From: Phoronis australis | Lineage: Eukaryota; Animalia; Phoronida | Assembly: GCA_002633005.1 (NCBI GenBank) | Contig: NMRA01000234.1 | Span: 183,535 to 247,534, forward strand | Length of the DNA: 64,000 bases | Reading direction: 5' to 3' | Shown here: positions 50,501-62,517 of the stretch, piece after piece | Layout: each line of letters opens with the position of its first letter | Position numbering within the stretch: position 1 is the stretch's first letter | Program-made: the position numbers and the translations under genes | The notes under the pieces: generated by a model | What the model saw: the letters and a program-made list of their open reading frames with translations, nothing else | Databases searched by the model: none | Told to the model about the DNA's origin: nothing

Positions 50501-53500
50501 TGAAAACTCATAAAACGTGATGTCTCGGTTCTTAACACTTTGTGCCTATTATCAAACTGCAGTGACCCATAAAGACATCAGAAGCAATTGAGTCATTACT
50601 TGGTGAAAATTTTTCGCCAAGTATGTTGCTCTGAAACTAAGTTTCTTTTGTTTGTTCGCATGATACAGGTCGCAATTTTCGTCCGATCCACACGAAACTT
50701 ACACACAACCTGTACTTTTCAGGAGAGCTGGAAGCCTATTGTTTTTCGTCATGATTGGATATAAGATGGCCAAAGTGGCAGCCATTATGTTTTCCATTTC
50801 AGATTCAAATGCTCATAGAAGCCGTAATTTTTGACATACACGGCTGAAAATTGGTAAGATTATTGTACCTGAAGTGTGCTACCGATGTGCTGGAAATCAT
50901 TTACTTTGGTATAGATGGCGAAAATATCGGCAATTGCGTATGCGCACCTCGATTTCGAGACGAAAACGTATTCTCCTGTAGACGGCGCATTGTAGGACCA
51001 ATTGTTTCGAAATTTTTCATGAGTTAGTTTCCTATGACTAGCTATTATCAAGTGCTGCTTAACCGAAAGTTGCTTTCAAGATGGCGGATCAGACGGATTT
51101 TCACCCATTTTCAATAGTGTCATTTTGAATGGGAAGAGCAAATGACGAGAATTTTTGCATGTGGATTTTTTAAGGTATACTCTTTCAAATGACTTTGAAC
51201 AATTTTTTTCTCAGACTTACGTTTCAGAGTTATTTAACTTTCAATTTCAAAAATAAATGCAAAATTTGATTTTTTTTCTAAAAAGTTGTGGAATTTTGTG
51301 AAACTACCCTGTTACATAGTTTTAAACGGGCTTTTGGAAGATGTTTTTCATTTTTCCCTAAGACGTCTCGTTCCCAAATTATTCGAGATTTTCTGATGAT
51401 GCTGTTCCTTTGTTGACTGATTTTTGATGTACTTTTGTTGTTGAACAAGACTATATTTCTTCTTACTAATTTCGAACATCCTCATTCATCAAATGATTGT
51501 TCATCATCACCTACATCACTATCGTCATCATAGTCATCATCATCACCATCATCATCATCGTCGTCATCATCACCTCCAATATTCTTTTCAGTTAATTTCG
51601 CCAAATGCCGCTTTTCCGAGCGTTTTCATGTTTTTCTTTTGTTTCACATCGAAACCTGTCAATAATATGACATAATGGTCCCAAAGTGAAACAGATGATG
51701 GCCACAAACAGTGAGATTTTTCTGAAAAATTTGACTCTTGGAAATTTTTGTCAAAATTTGTATGTACGATTTAAATTAAATTATCCCCATATGAATAGAA
51801 ATTAAAGACATTTTCTTGCCATTTGGTCCAACAAATAACTACTTAAACAAGTGATTTAGGCCATATTTAATGAGACTGGGTTGTGAGAAATTGGAGTTGT
51901 ATCCATAGGATAACTTGGAATGATTTTTTCATGACACCAAAGTAAAATCAAATTAAAAAATAAAAAATCACAAATAAGGAAGAGCATATCAGTGTTCATA
52001 TCAAACAAATAATAAGTATGCAACTAGCTCCATAGTCAGAATTTAGTCATCAGTCACTAGTCTCAATCAAGCCCATAGAATAAACTATACTTATTACCCA
52101 CCACTCTCTATCATCCTACTTTCCAGCCTGGCCATCTCTTCCACATACTGTTTGATTTTCCTCCTCAAGAATCGGATCTCCTCAGCGTGTCGTGCCTGCT
52201 TGGACGGTGTGGGAACATAGTGATCTCCGTCCCTGGTCGGAGGAGACGAGCCAAAGGCAGGGAGCATATCTAACCAGGAGGAACAACAGAGACACCTTCA
52301 GTCATAACCAGATACTCCCACTAGGCAAATGAACATTCAACATCTGAAACTCATATCAAAATTTAAAGATCTCAAGTTTTGATAACCAGAAAATTGGAAA
52401 TATTTGCCAAAATACTAGGCGATTATTTTGCACAAAGGTATGCTTTCTTAATAACCTTATCTGACTGACAGTGTGAACTAACCAAGAAAAGTTTTTTCAG
52501 TTTCAATACAATCGGAGAATAACTTGTGCATGGTTTTTGTGGGGTGAAAATATGAAGATAAAAAATAGAGTTCAAACACAAACTCGTCCAGTTTTAATTT
52601 TTTTTACAAAATGCTACTTTCACAGAAAATGACAGTCACATGATAATGAAAAATTAAGTGACATTTTTAGAGATGAATTAAGATTTTTTAATGACTGAGG
52701 CTTCAGAAAATACTTTTATGGGTTCAAACTGAACAGTTAAAAAGTTGTTTGATGAACAAAAGTGAACAGTCTTTGTGAAGGTTGAAAGAACTATCTTCAG
52801 GTTATGCAGGACCTCAGAAAAATGTTTAAATCATACCTCAGAAATGGCTGATATGACTGACATGAAACTATTATGTTATATGAAACTAATGTTTTCCTAA
52901 AAGCTATAAAGAATAGTTTTTAAAATATTCCATTTTTGTGTGAGGGTGTATCAAAAATAAGACTTTATGATTTACATGAAAAATATCTAAAGATGCAGCT
53001 TAAAACAAAAACAAAATAATATTTTTTTAGAAAAATGCAAGAGCGTTTTTGAGATCTCATCTTGAATGCTTATATCAAATAAACTTTGATCACATTATTG
53101 ATACTGCTGTTTTTCTATGAATGAACCTTCCTTTTTTAGTAAATTTTACTAGTAAGACATGTTCAAATGACCCAATTAATGGGAGATTGGTATTACATTC
53201 AAATCCAAATTCTACAGACTTTCTACTTTCAGACAATATGTACATTTACTTAGATAAAACAAGTCTGTGCAGATAGCTTTACAAAGCCACAGAGTTTGAT
53301 TTTGCACCAATCTGACATTAACAGAGGTAAAAGACCATGTCTGTGCAGTAACATTGAGCAAAAAAAGAATGACAGCATAATGTGTCCATATATAAATATG
53401 TGGGCGCATAAAAATGCTGTTACATTTTCCTAAATTATCCCTTCATTTTCGTTTTGAGTTACTTTTGAATTTTCCTAAAAATCCTAGAAGTCAAATTTTT

Positions 53501-54378
53501 GATAGCTTCTTATGCCAAAGTGGAAAATTTCAAAAACAATTTCCAACAGGGTTTTGGAAAACAGTAAATGAAGAACAGTTTCTGGAAGTTTCCATTGAAT
53601 CTGACCATATAAGATATGATGTTCCAAAGTTTTGACACTTTTCCATGGTCTTCAAATAACCTTAGCAGAGTTCCATAAGTACTACTGACACAGTTGAGTT
53701 TACAAACTTACCAAATTCACTGGCATGAAAGGCCAAGTCTGTTCTTGGGTCCACTTGTAATCCCTTTGACTTATTTGTTTGAGTAACTTTACTATGAATA
53801 GAAGGAGTTTGAACAGAACTATCTACTACCACTTTATTTCTTGGTTTTTCACGTACTGGTCTCCCTTTAGGCCTCTTGTTTACACTGCCACCATAAGACA
53901 GTGCTCTGGAACTCTTGTTCACTTTTCCTTTATTTTCAGGTTGTTTAGATGTCACTGATTTTGATCGAGGTTTCCCTACATCTTCTTGAGAATTGGTTAA
54001 ACTCTCCTGGGGGTCTAATCCTAACATGCGCATCTTTTCTTCAAATTCCATTCTTTTCAGATTTCTCTGCGCAAGGACAATAGCTGTGGAAAGTTTTTCA
54101 GGATCCACAGCTGTGAACTGGAAGGTAGGATCATCGGGAATTGAGGAGGTGGGACGAATGATTGGGGAGTACGGCCGCTTCTGACTGGGGGACAGGGGGG
54201 TGTTAAGCACCTCCTTGATTACAATGTTAGGCTTTGGTGTTTTCTGTGGAGATGAAGTGGTACGCATTCTCACAATGACTGCTGATGGCCTCTGTTGGCG
54301 CACAGCCATGTTAGCTGAGGATGGAACATCTTCCAAGTTGAACTGTAGTTGGTTAGGCTGGCTATTAATGGGATACAT
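31641..54378 (-). CDS. KIAA0753: Protein moonraker (KIAA0753/OFIP/MNR), centriolar satellite and ciliogenesis protein, ~1358 aa (~1421 with the cassette exon)
   Basis: Exons: 54378-53712, 52269-52102, 50377-50178, 48673-48449, 47760-47601, 45063-44888, 44111-43891, 42582-42469, 41421-41331, 41041-40958, 40621-40451, 39411-39327, [39048-38860], 38019-37959, 37116-36457 and 32634-31641. All junctions are GT-AG and phase-consistent. Recalled moonraker blocks: NQLQFN...P..SNMAVR, FTAVDPEKLSTAIVLAQRNLKR, SPPTRD, EEIRFLRR, RMLYFLQKQVRDIQNEL, KHTKKS..AKLAAAHRGAARAIQ.F, KLRPVL.KAQ, LLEDLLSDTV.E, and YCEQFEHYLK...GKFDPWKLAELISDELVDEC...AEF. Confidence 0.88.
31690..32060 (-). repeat. Coding tandem repeat (~72 bp / 24 aa, ~5 units) in the last moonraker exon
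   Basis: ITHGSRDKSASAHHS / ITHDRHDNSASADHS / ITHGSHDNSASAHHS / ITHGSHDNSASTHHS / PTNHSNHDNSLSTDHS. Confidence 0.9.
32700..36300 (+). repeat. 3.5-kb diverged array of ~130-bp units (higher-order ~400 bp), Helentron/HINE-like, nearly every unit with a CCACTAGRKGGC-like motif
   Basis: The recurring blocks are AAATTTCATGAA(A/G)ATCC...GGTTT(A/T)GGAGATAC and TGCCACTAG(G/A)(G/T)GG(C/T). The array ends with ...GAAGATCCTCCAAGTGGTTCTGGAGATACAGCACAGGACGACAGGCAACTAGACAG, similar to the GACA-rich HINE end. It lies in the last moonraker intron. Confidence 0.8.
38860..39048 (-). CDS. KIAA0753: Candidate 189-nt symmetric cassette exon of moonraker
   Basis: TCTATCCTCAG| acceptor and G|GTGACT donor. It is open in the phase-1 frame matching the flanking exons (ELNYVSPCWPIDPSCPRLKEWSNGRSTFRSPLYPRR...). 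Confidence 0.5.
39230..39352 (-). repeat. ~30-bp tandem repeat (4 units) made of an exon end plus 5' splice site
   Basis: Plus-strand unit GAGTACCCAGTCTTACCTGGGACTGTCA.T. The real donor follows exon base 39327, with AG|GTAAGA copies after 39298 and 39247. Confidence 0.85.
42970..43155. repeat. AT-rich minisatellite (~57-60 bp x3)
   Basis: GCAAATAA(C)AAAT(A)ATATTAATTATATATTATT(G/A)CTGCTATAA recurs three times. Confidence 0.75.
43465..43545. repeat. 33-bp tandem repeat (2.5 units)
   Basis: CACTAGGTGGTGCTC(T/A)AATC(T/C)..TGGGTCTGT. Confidence 0.75.
44160..44360. repeat. ~33-bp minisatellite (~6 units)
   Basis: AGAGAATATACAC(C)TTCTTATTGG(C/A)(T/A)GCA variants. Confidence 0.75.
45540..46675 (+). 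mobile_element. Interrupted Helentron/HINE-like fragments of the same family, with a 3' palindrome
   Basis: CACTAGGGGGTGCT (~45574), GCCAAGTTTCATCAAG and TGGCCACTAAGAGGTGCT (~45720). At 46560-46675, CCAAATTTCAACAAATTCC...GGACAAACAGACAGG is followed by the hairpin CAGCCACAC-N10-GTGTGGCTG (46640-46667). Confidence 0.55.
47100..47360. repeat. G-rich 25-bp minisatellite (~10 units)
   Basis: AGGGGAGGGAG(T/C)CATG(A/T)CAAC(A/T)A(C/T)T repeated. Confidence 0.92.
48661..49525 (-). repeat. Tandem repeats derived from the moonraker exon-4 acceptor junction (3 units of ~43 bp at 48705-48820; 6 units of ~61-64 bp at 49138-49525)
   Basis: The real junction reads CTGTGGCCTGACTCTGGTGAATATACA on the plus strand (48661-48687). 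Repeat units begin CTGTGGCCAGACTCTGGTGAATATACAGACTAGCATTTTGTGAATAACAC(AAC)GTCTAGTT. Confidence 0.92.
49660..49785. repeat. ~22-bp minisatellite
   Basis: CCAGTACCCCCTAACATGACTA variants, about 5 units. Confidence 0.7.
50596..51632 (-). mobile_element. Helentron/DINE-like non-autonomous element with a terminal palindrome and an internal (CAT)n tract
   Basis: Hairpin ACTTGGTGAAAA-T-TTTTCGCCAAGT at ~50598-50622, followed by TTTGTTTGTTCGC and CCGATCCACACGAAACTT...GAAGCCTATTGTTTTTCG. TTCGCCAA recurs at ~51597, and a (CAT)n tract lies at 51485-51575. Confidence 0.55.
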
Positions 54379-54839
54379 GACAGTAGTTTCCTGAAATACA
54401 AAAAACAAGACAAGATAAAACTCATACATTTGTAATTCTTTGGTTAATTATTACAAATTCACTTTCAGGTTTATTTTCTATAGATTAGAAACAACCTTTC
54501 TGGCAAATGAAGGGTCAGAGTATTTGTTTGAATTGGAAGGCCTCAAATAGGAGTAAATCAGCTTGATTTGGGGCTAAAAATAAAATAAGTCTGTTGCTAA
54601 TTTGAGGATCAATGTATAAACTGAATATCACCTACTGACTTTCCCATTGACAAATTTATGTTCAGAATTATTTCAACTCCGTCTACGCCAGCTCAGGACC
54701 AGGGAAAGAGAAAGTCAAGGAGGGCAAGACCCCCGCTGCGCTGGACTGAATTTTGAACTCGAAATTTCATAAATTAGAACCGACTTTGCTTGAACATGAA
54801 TGATTATGCTCATGATGTCGAGTTGAGAACGTGACTCAC

Positions 54840-55521
54840 TTGCTTCCTGTTCTGAAAATCAACGCAGCTTACACTATGAGTGGGTTACTAAGGTGACCCC
54901 TCGTAAGAACCGCAGACTTTAGAACCATTGACCAAACAAAACATAATAAATGCAGCTGATTTTAAACGGAGCCGCCATAGAACAACACTTGCGCCCTCTA
55001 CAAATTTCAAAGCCTCTCCACACCATATAAATGTTAATAAACAGTTCATCAAATGTAATTTTAAGTAAATAAACAATTTTATAAAACAATTATCCTGACT
55101 ATACCGATTTTAGAAAATAGAATGATCATTTATGGTGTGATAAAAATCCTTAAAAGTAATCATATTTATTTATATAAGGGTTTAAAGATATGACCTAAAT
55201 ACCCTTGGTGACATGTCATGTTGGGAGAATTTATTGTAGTTCTGAAATTTGAAATGCAATTTTCACAAATTTTGAAGTAAAATTGAAATAAAATCACACA
55301 ATGTGTAATAATTACGACATTTTATACAAAATTTAATATTAAAAGTGATTTAATTGACCAAGAAGCGATTATATGTATCAATATTGTCGTTACTTTTTGG
55401 ATTGGTGAGGTAGTGTTTTCGGTTTTCTTACAACTACTGACCCTGGTTATAGCAACAGGCTATTAGCATATTGAATGTTTTGGTGCATGCCATCGGAAGA
55501 GAGCGAGGGAACATCTGATGA
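54840..55521. promoter_or_regulatory. Bidirectional promoter of KIAA0753 and CCDC74 with RFX X-box motifs and non-coding first exons
   Basis: Full X-box GTTACTAAGGTGAC at 54884-54897 (reverse complement GTCACC-TT-AGTAAC) and half-site-type CTGGTTATAGCAAC at 55443-55456. A minus-strand donor GTGAGT at 54839-54834 can join the acceptor at 54391, and a plus-strand donor GTATGT at 55522 can join the acceptor at 56935. Confidence 0.7.
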
Positions 55522-56989
55522 GTATGTGTGTTTGATGATTTGTATTTTCAAGCTGTATAAGTGTATTGTGGCTGTTGGGTTTCATTTAGAAGGCAATATT
55601 TTGGACCTGATGTTTTCGTCCCTGTCTTTATACCGATTATGTAAGTGGAGTATTTTGTTATTTCAGTTGAGATGTTAGTTGAATGTTGTGAATCTTTCGG
55701 CTTTTGTATTGACCAAGACAAGACGATCCTCATTCTCACCAGGGTGCCAGTCTGGGTAATGCCTGTGTCAGTAGTGTAGTGCTTACTGTGTTACCCTGGC
55801 GAGTGGGCAGATTAACTTGTGATCAAATGTCAAGTACTTGTATTCCCATTTTAACTCTACCTCAACTAGTTACCTCAGGCTCAGACTCAGAAAAGCAATT
55901 ACTGAACTTATTAGTCTTGGTTCAAAGCTGAAAACTGTGCCGATATGGGTAAAGGTGTCAAATAAAATCTGAAATAAAATTAATGTTATAAAAAAGTACA
56001 CTCTTCCTTGAGTCGAAATGATTACTGGTGCTAAAAAGATGTCACCTTTCTTAACTTTTACTAATTCTCCAGTTATTTAAAATTTGCTCTCAAATGTTCC
56101 TGGCAAGCTTGAAAAATCATCCTGGTACACATAGTGTACCTAATTATCGGACGGAACCTAAATATCGGACATTTCATAGAATCTTACTTGAAGCATAATC
56201 TGAGAATTAAATGACACCAATTTTTGTTCCGTTGTAATGCATTCAATGTCCGGCACCGTCTCGTTTTTTTACAGCGTTGCCTCGTTTTGATTTTACCGAG
56301 AGAGGGTGCAATTTAGACCCCCAAGTCGGCCTAAAATGGACGATCGCATCAATCGGTTATAAAAGTTGAAAATAAAATCTTTTTCCACAATGACACTATC
56401 TCATTGAACTGACAATATGTCACTGTTCCATTTTTTCGTTTGTTTTTAAACTCAAGTCAAACCCCGACCGCGCACGTGCGGGTGTCATATCAAGAAGCCT
56501 AAGTGATACTAAAAACTGCAGTGAGTTTGCACGTGCCTTAGTCGTCTGCACTAATTCATAGAAACGNTACCTTTGACGTCGCGGGCAGTGTATCGATAAT
56601 GAGTGATGCTGTAGTCCTCAATTGTCTGCATTAGCATTGGTATTGTTGTTTGTAATCATCCCAGTTTGCTCCAAATGTGTTACCCCAGTACACAGAAACA
56701 AAAAAATCGATTAATAAAACAGTACAGTTATTTGTTAGACAATCCTATGATCGGTGATGAAAATGTGTGTAATGAACGTGATAGGATTGTGTTACTTTCA
56801 CCTGTAACCATGAATTTTAACTATAGCTGCATCTAATCTAACCAATGTATTGAGAGGCACTCGTCATTCATTATTATGGAGTGACCACATGGTAATGTTA
56901 CTAACTTCACTACAGTTCCTTGTTATTTATTTCAGAAGTTGCTGTGGAAAAGGACGACACCAGATTTATTCTGGTGAGAACTTAGTGAA

Positions 56990-59900
56990 ATGATAAGACA
57001 AGGAGTTGCTACGGAAAGACTGGCTGATTTGAGCAATCAAACTCAGTTGCCACCATTAAATACCCTCCCCCAGTGGAGTAGAGTGAATACATTGGACAAA
57101 GCACGTTATCCTAAACCATTTCTTAAAGACCGCTTACAACCCCTGCCACAAGCAGCAATGGAAAATTCTTCAACAAGTAAACCTGAACTTTACTGGGAGG
57201 GCTCTGATAAGGAACTCAGTAATAATGACTCAAACCCTCTGCAACGAATACAACACTTGGAAAAGAGTATAAAGTTTCTACGACAACAACATGAGGAGGT
57301 GTTAACTAGTCTTCACGAGGAAATTGAAAGATTGAAATCTGAAAACAAGGGTGAGTGTAGTAGTTTCCTAAAGTCTTCTTATCTGTTTTCATTGTGTTTT
57401 CACAGGTGTGTCCTTATCTTGCTCCTCGAAGGTAGCATGATTGTTACACAAAATTTTTAGGTTACGAACGACCCTAGAAAAATGGTCAACTTCAGAACAT
57501 CATATCTGGGAAATGGCCGATTGTATTCTGAAATTTTCAGATGCTGTGCTTTAGGCACTTTTTTCCAAAATGGTATTAAGAATTGTATTTAAATATGAAA
57601 TTACTTTTGAGGCTATTGAAAATAGGACTTTTATGATTTTTATGAAAAAAAACTCAAATGTTGCATAAAATAAAAATAAAAATGATAATTTAGAAAACTG
57701 TAACAGTGTTATCTGGGACATTTACATTGATCAACTGAAATTTGATCATGTTATTGATATCATTGTTTGGCTCTGAATGTATTTTCTTTTTTTAAATTTG
57801 ACTAAAAAGGTGGTCTCGAGGCCTAAGTTGTTGTAGTTTTTGATAAAGTTACAAAGTCAAATTGTGCTGAGTTTTTACTTTCAGAATATATACTGTCACT
57901 GAATTGAATTGTGTAGTGTTGTATATATTTGATTAAGTGTGCAGAATTTTTGAAGGTCCACCATAACCTTAATTTATGAAATCTTAAACGAAAAAAGGTC
58001 TTAAAAACATTTTGAATAGTCAAGTTTCCGTACGGACGTTTGGTTATAAATCATGTGGATGAATTGACTTTTTTCTGTTGACAATACTGGTGTAGCACCA
58101 ATGAATGTATCTATAGCGTCTTCCTGATGGGACCCTCTCTGATTATATAGTATTTACCCACAATGCTGTACAGTGGTAGTGCACTTGGTTTACAGTGTTT
58201 TACACTGATAGAGTGCTAATCTCTAGTTTGCATTAAGATTAGCTTGTCATATGTCATTCTTATGTCACTAAAGTTATACAGTCTCGAAATTTTTTGAAAA
58301 GCTGAGTGATGCCTGACAATCATTTTCTACTTTGTCCGAGTTCATTCAGTATTAGGGAGTGGATTTTTTATTGCCACAAAAGTCAGAGACACTAGGTGAA
58401 TTCAAGATGAAGGGAATTAGGAATGCTCTTAACTTGACCTTTACTGGGATTGAACCCCTGGTCATAATCCTCTTATAAAGGGTTAGTTTATGAGATAATA
58501 GGATTAAACTCAACTTGTAGGGTGATTGACTTATGAGTTGTTGGTGTCAAAAGATAAGCTGCCTTATCTAGTCCAGTGTTGCAGTAGACTTGTTCAATTT
58601 CCTTTTTGAAATTAGTAGGATTTCCGTTAGAAATAATAAATGTAAGCTTTATAAATTTAATACCTTTTGTATCTAGGTTGGTGTTATATATATGATACAT
58701 TATTATTTGCTGTGATTGGTCCAAAATGAGACACTGCTCGTACTGATTGGTCCAATCTGAGACATTGCTCGTACTGATTGGTCCAATCTGAGACATCGCT
58801 CGTATTGATTGGTCCAATCTGAGACATTGCTAATGCAGATTGGTCTAATTGTACCATGTTAAATTTAGAATTTTTCCTATTATAGAAAACTTGATTCTTT
58901 TGTACAGATCCAAATATTCATAGAATATGATTACAATGTAAACATCTCCCACATCCAAAGCTTTTAAAATTTCAAATTTCAATTGTAACATGGTAGATTA
59001 GCATTAATTTTTATGATAATGTTATGCAAATCAAAAACATCTTTCTTAATAATCTGAATGTTCTTTCCTTATTTTAGTTCAAGCAGTCTAAATACCCCGA
59101 TAGAGCCTTTTACTGTAGACTACATACCCTGTCATGTTGTCCATCTCTTCTCTAGATCTCCACTTCACTCTGGTGATGAGTCAGAAGGAGCGTCTATCTC
59201 ACCAACAGTCGCAAGAAGCACACGCACACTCACATCAGCCCGTCCATGTCATTCATGGTGATGTCAACAAAGTGCCAAGTCCTAGACCTGCCAGTGAGCG
59301 CGCTGATGACAGGGAAGATAAGTCGGAAAACATGCTTCGTGTGGACCGGGCTGAAAAAGGTGACTTGCTGTTTATTATCCTTTATGTGGTGCACATAATT
59401 ACTAACTGGGTTGTGTGGCTTCATGCTGATCCCCTTTACCAAGATGCCTTATACTAACACAGGTATGATCATGTCACAAGTATGTATTCAAACACACAAC
59501 ACAAATATGATCAGACCACAAGTGTGTATTCTAGCATACCACAAGTGCAATCAGCTCACAAGTATATTCAAACAAAATAAATGATTAGACACCTCCCAAA
59601 ATACAACTGCACCCTATCTGATTTTGCAGTATTTACCCACAATGCCACATCTTGTTAGGGGTCCATTGTTGTACACAAGTGCTAAGCTAATCACTATTTT
59701 ATATCAAAATTAGTTTGCCATTCATTCTTCAGCTTGAAAAACTGAAGTGTGTACGATGAATCAGTTCTCACTTGTGTGACTTATTCAAAATCACAGGTTC
59801 AGCCCCGCATTTCAAAACGTCTGCATATGATTTGTTGCAGTATTAGGGAACACCTAAACTAAACTACTATCAATGACGCCACAAACTCGTCTTCCACCAA

Positions 59901-61714
59901 AATAAATTTTAATTTAGGCCACTTAGTTATGGTCTCTGGGTTGTGGGTTAACTTACAGATTGTTATGTCTTGAGACCAAGCTTGGTGGATAAAATGACTT
60001 TCTGTGACAAGCCGACTTGTTGAGCTTGGATTTGACCAATGATGCATCAGGAGTTCGTAGCAAATCACGAAATCATACCTTGTCTGAGCAAGGAACAAGT
60101 TGTGAACAGCTTTATAACAGAAAGTGGCCCACATCTAAAGTAATTTTGTTACTGAAAGGGGCATTTGTAGCACATTTACCTTGTTGGTGTATGTAATCAC
60201 GAGAACAGCCTATACTAATCTTAGTGTATTTAACCATTGTGAACAGCCTGTGCTAGTGTTGATCTCATTAATCGCTGCATGTCTTATTGTGCTAACATGT
60301 CTGTTTTCAGAGCTAACCTCACTATCATTGAGATCACGCACTATTGAAGAGCTTGATCAAACACAAGGTAACAGTTATACATCTCCTTGCTGTCTTGTGT
60401 CATTTCTTCAATAGATAAAACACTTGTGGCCTCTAACGAACTGACTGTGGCTAATACCTTATTGTATCTAGTTGTCCTGCAACTGGTTTGACTTGCAAAA
60501 TATACAGTATTTGTTTTAGCTTGATGTTTGAATTTTTCAGATATTTTAAAGTGGTTCTGTGCTATATTACTCTAATGGAAGTTGGTTTGGTTTATTTTTT
60601 GTTCATATTTCTTCTCTCCGTATCACGACATTTTTGTTTTGGAATCAAAACTGAATAAACTCCGAATTGTATAATTTTTGCTAAAGTAGTGTATTCCAAT
60701 CAAACAAATGCATGAGACTATATGATTAACTCGATAGTTATGTTTAAATTGAAAACTTTTAACTAAAAGCGACTTCTTCATTACATGCTTCTTTGGTATT
60801 GCTTAGAGATTAAAACTGCTGTTGATACACAGAACAAAACTGATTGTTTTTCACCCACTGTTGGGTGGCGCTACACACGTTTTGTTGGTTTTGGTCTTGA
60901 AACAACGGGTCAACCCATTTACTATACACATGGAAATGTGAAGAGTATGCGGGACTTATTAAACTTTGCACAGAGTCTGATAAAACTGTTATAGTAGTGA
61001 ATTTTTCCATATTTTACAACCATCACAAGTGCAGCAAACTATATGAAAGTGAACCAAAGTTTACGATTTCATTTCAAAGATAGTATTCAGACATCCACCA
61101 ACACTCCAGATTATGAAAGCCATTTGAAAAGTGTGCTGAACAGTCATTTTTTTACAAATCCGAAGTGTGCAACTGGCGATACCTAAATTTACTGCTGAAT
61201 TTCAATTCCCACTTGCTTGTAATAAAAGTTTAAGAAAAGCCATAATTGGTTATTAATGGGTCAAGTGTTCAACAACTTGCATTCTTGTATTAACAGAAAA
61301 ATCAAGCAACTGCCATTCATAGTCTTTGTCTACAGTACAAAACTAAAAATGCCTAGCCAATGCAGCAGTTTGGGGAGGGTAGTTTGTACAGTGACCCCTG
61401 TGTCGTTACAATATAGAAGGAGTTAAGGTTGTACGTACCCGATGAATTCACCTTAAGAAAACATTCAGTCAAGATTAAATAGTTTGTGTCTGTATTAATT
61501 GTCAGACTGCTCGTTATTCTATGACTTGATTGTTATGTGCAATTGATCATATTGTAATTGTTTTTACAGAAGAAAAACTTGATGAGATCAAAGCATTACT
61601 TCTGGAGGAAGAAATTGAAAAACTGAAACATAGTTTGCGAGAGGCGAGGAGTAAAAATACGTATTTGATGCAACTGTTGGAGCAGGAACAACAGAAAACC
61701 CGACAATATGCAGC
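56990..61714 (+). CDS. CCDC74: Coiled-coil domain-containing protein 74-like (CCDC74/CCDC92 family), 5' part; gene continues past the last identified exon
   Basis: Exons 56990-57350, 59156-59359, 60311-60367 and 61570-61714 (phases 1,1,1, ending in a phase-2 GC|GTGAGT). The spliced sequence [44 protein letters not shown] matches the CCDC74/CCDC92 N-terminal coiled-coil signature, preceded by LPPL..LPQWSRV. Confidence 0.82.
58708..58850. repeat. 31-bp minisatellite (~4.5 units) with a near-palindromic GATTGG-T-CCAATC core
   Basis: CTGATTGGTCCAATCTGAGACATTGCTCGTA repeated. Confidence 0.9.
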
Positions 61715-61919
61715 GTGAGTAGAGTGGTTATTTTTATCATGCCAGTCTCCACTTTATTGACTACTGAATGAAAAGTGCTAGATTTTATCATTATTATCAA
61801 AGGAGAATTGGTGAGATGTTGTGCTGACATTTATTTGGTATGAACGTTCAAGTATTTGTTGTAAAAAACCTTTGACCTCCTGAGTGAGAAAATACCATCG
61901 GAAATTTCCATTCTCACAC

Positions 61920-62185
61920 CCTTGTTCTTTGAAAAATATAAATCATGTTCACACACATCACTCATTGTTCTGTGAAAAAGATAAATCACATGTTGTTATG
62001 TGAAAAAGATAAATCACATGTTGTTATGTGAAAAAGATAAATCTCACGTTCTATGAAAAAATGTAAGTCACATGATGTTCTGTGAAAAAGATAAATCACA
62101 TTTTCTATGAAAAAATGTTATGTGAAAAATATAAATCAAATGTTGTTCTATGGAAACATAAATCACATGATGTATTGTGAATAGT
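61920..62185. repeat. ~27-bp minisatellite (~9 units)
   Basis: TGTT(A/C)TGTGAAAAAGATAAATCACATGT variants. Confidence 0.9.
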
Positions 62186-62397
62186 ATAAAAGGCACATTA
62201 TTTCCAGAGTAGGAAGGGTGACTCTACATTTGTGTATGCAAGTTAATTGTATGTGTGGTAATATTGTTATTCTGTTGTGTTCCGAGTCAAGGTTGTTTAT
62301 GTTGTGCAAAGAACTGGTGTTACGGCATAGCTTTATAATTATGATGAAATAAGGTGTAAGTTTTGATATGTGACATTTTATGCAAACTGGTTATTGG

Positions 62398-62517
62398 TGG
62401 ATTTAGGGGCACCTTGGATTTAGGACATCTTGGATTTAGGTGCACCTTGGATTTAGGGGGACCTTGGATTTAGGGGACCTTGGGTTTAGGAGGACCTTGT
62501 ATTTAGGGGGACCTTAG
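62398..62517. repeat. 16-17-bp minisatellite (7 units)
   Basis: GGATTTAGGGG(C/G)ACCTT repeated. Confidence 0.92.

Noticed and set aside
51493-51675. Poly-His ORF
   Set aside because: It is a translation of a (CAT)n microsatellite inside a repeat element.
62398-62517. TTTAGGG-containing repeat as interstitial telomere
   Set aside because: The unit is 16-17 bp with an ACCTT spacer, not a contiguous telomeric repeat.
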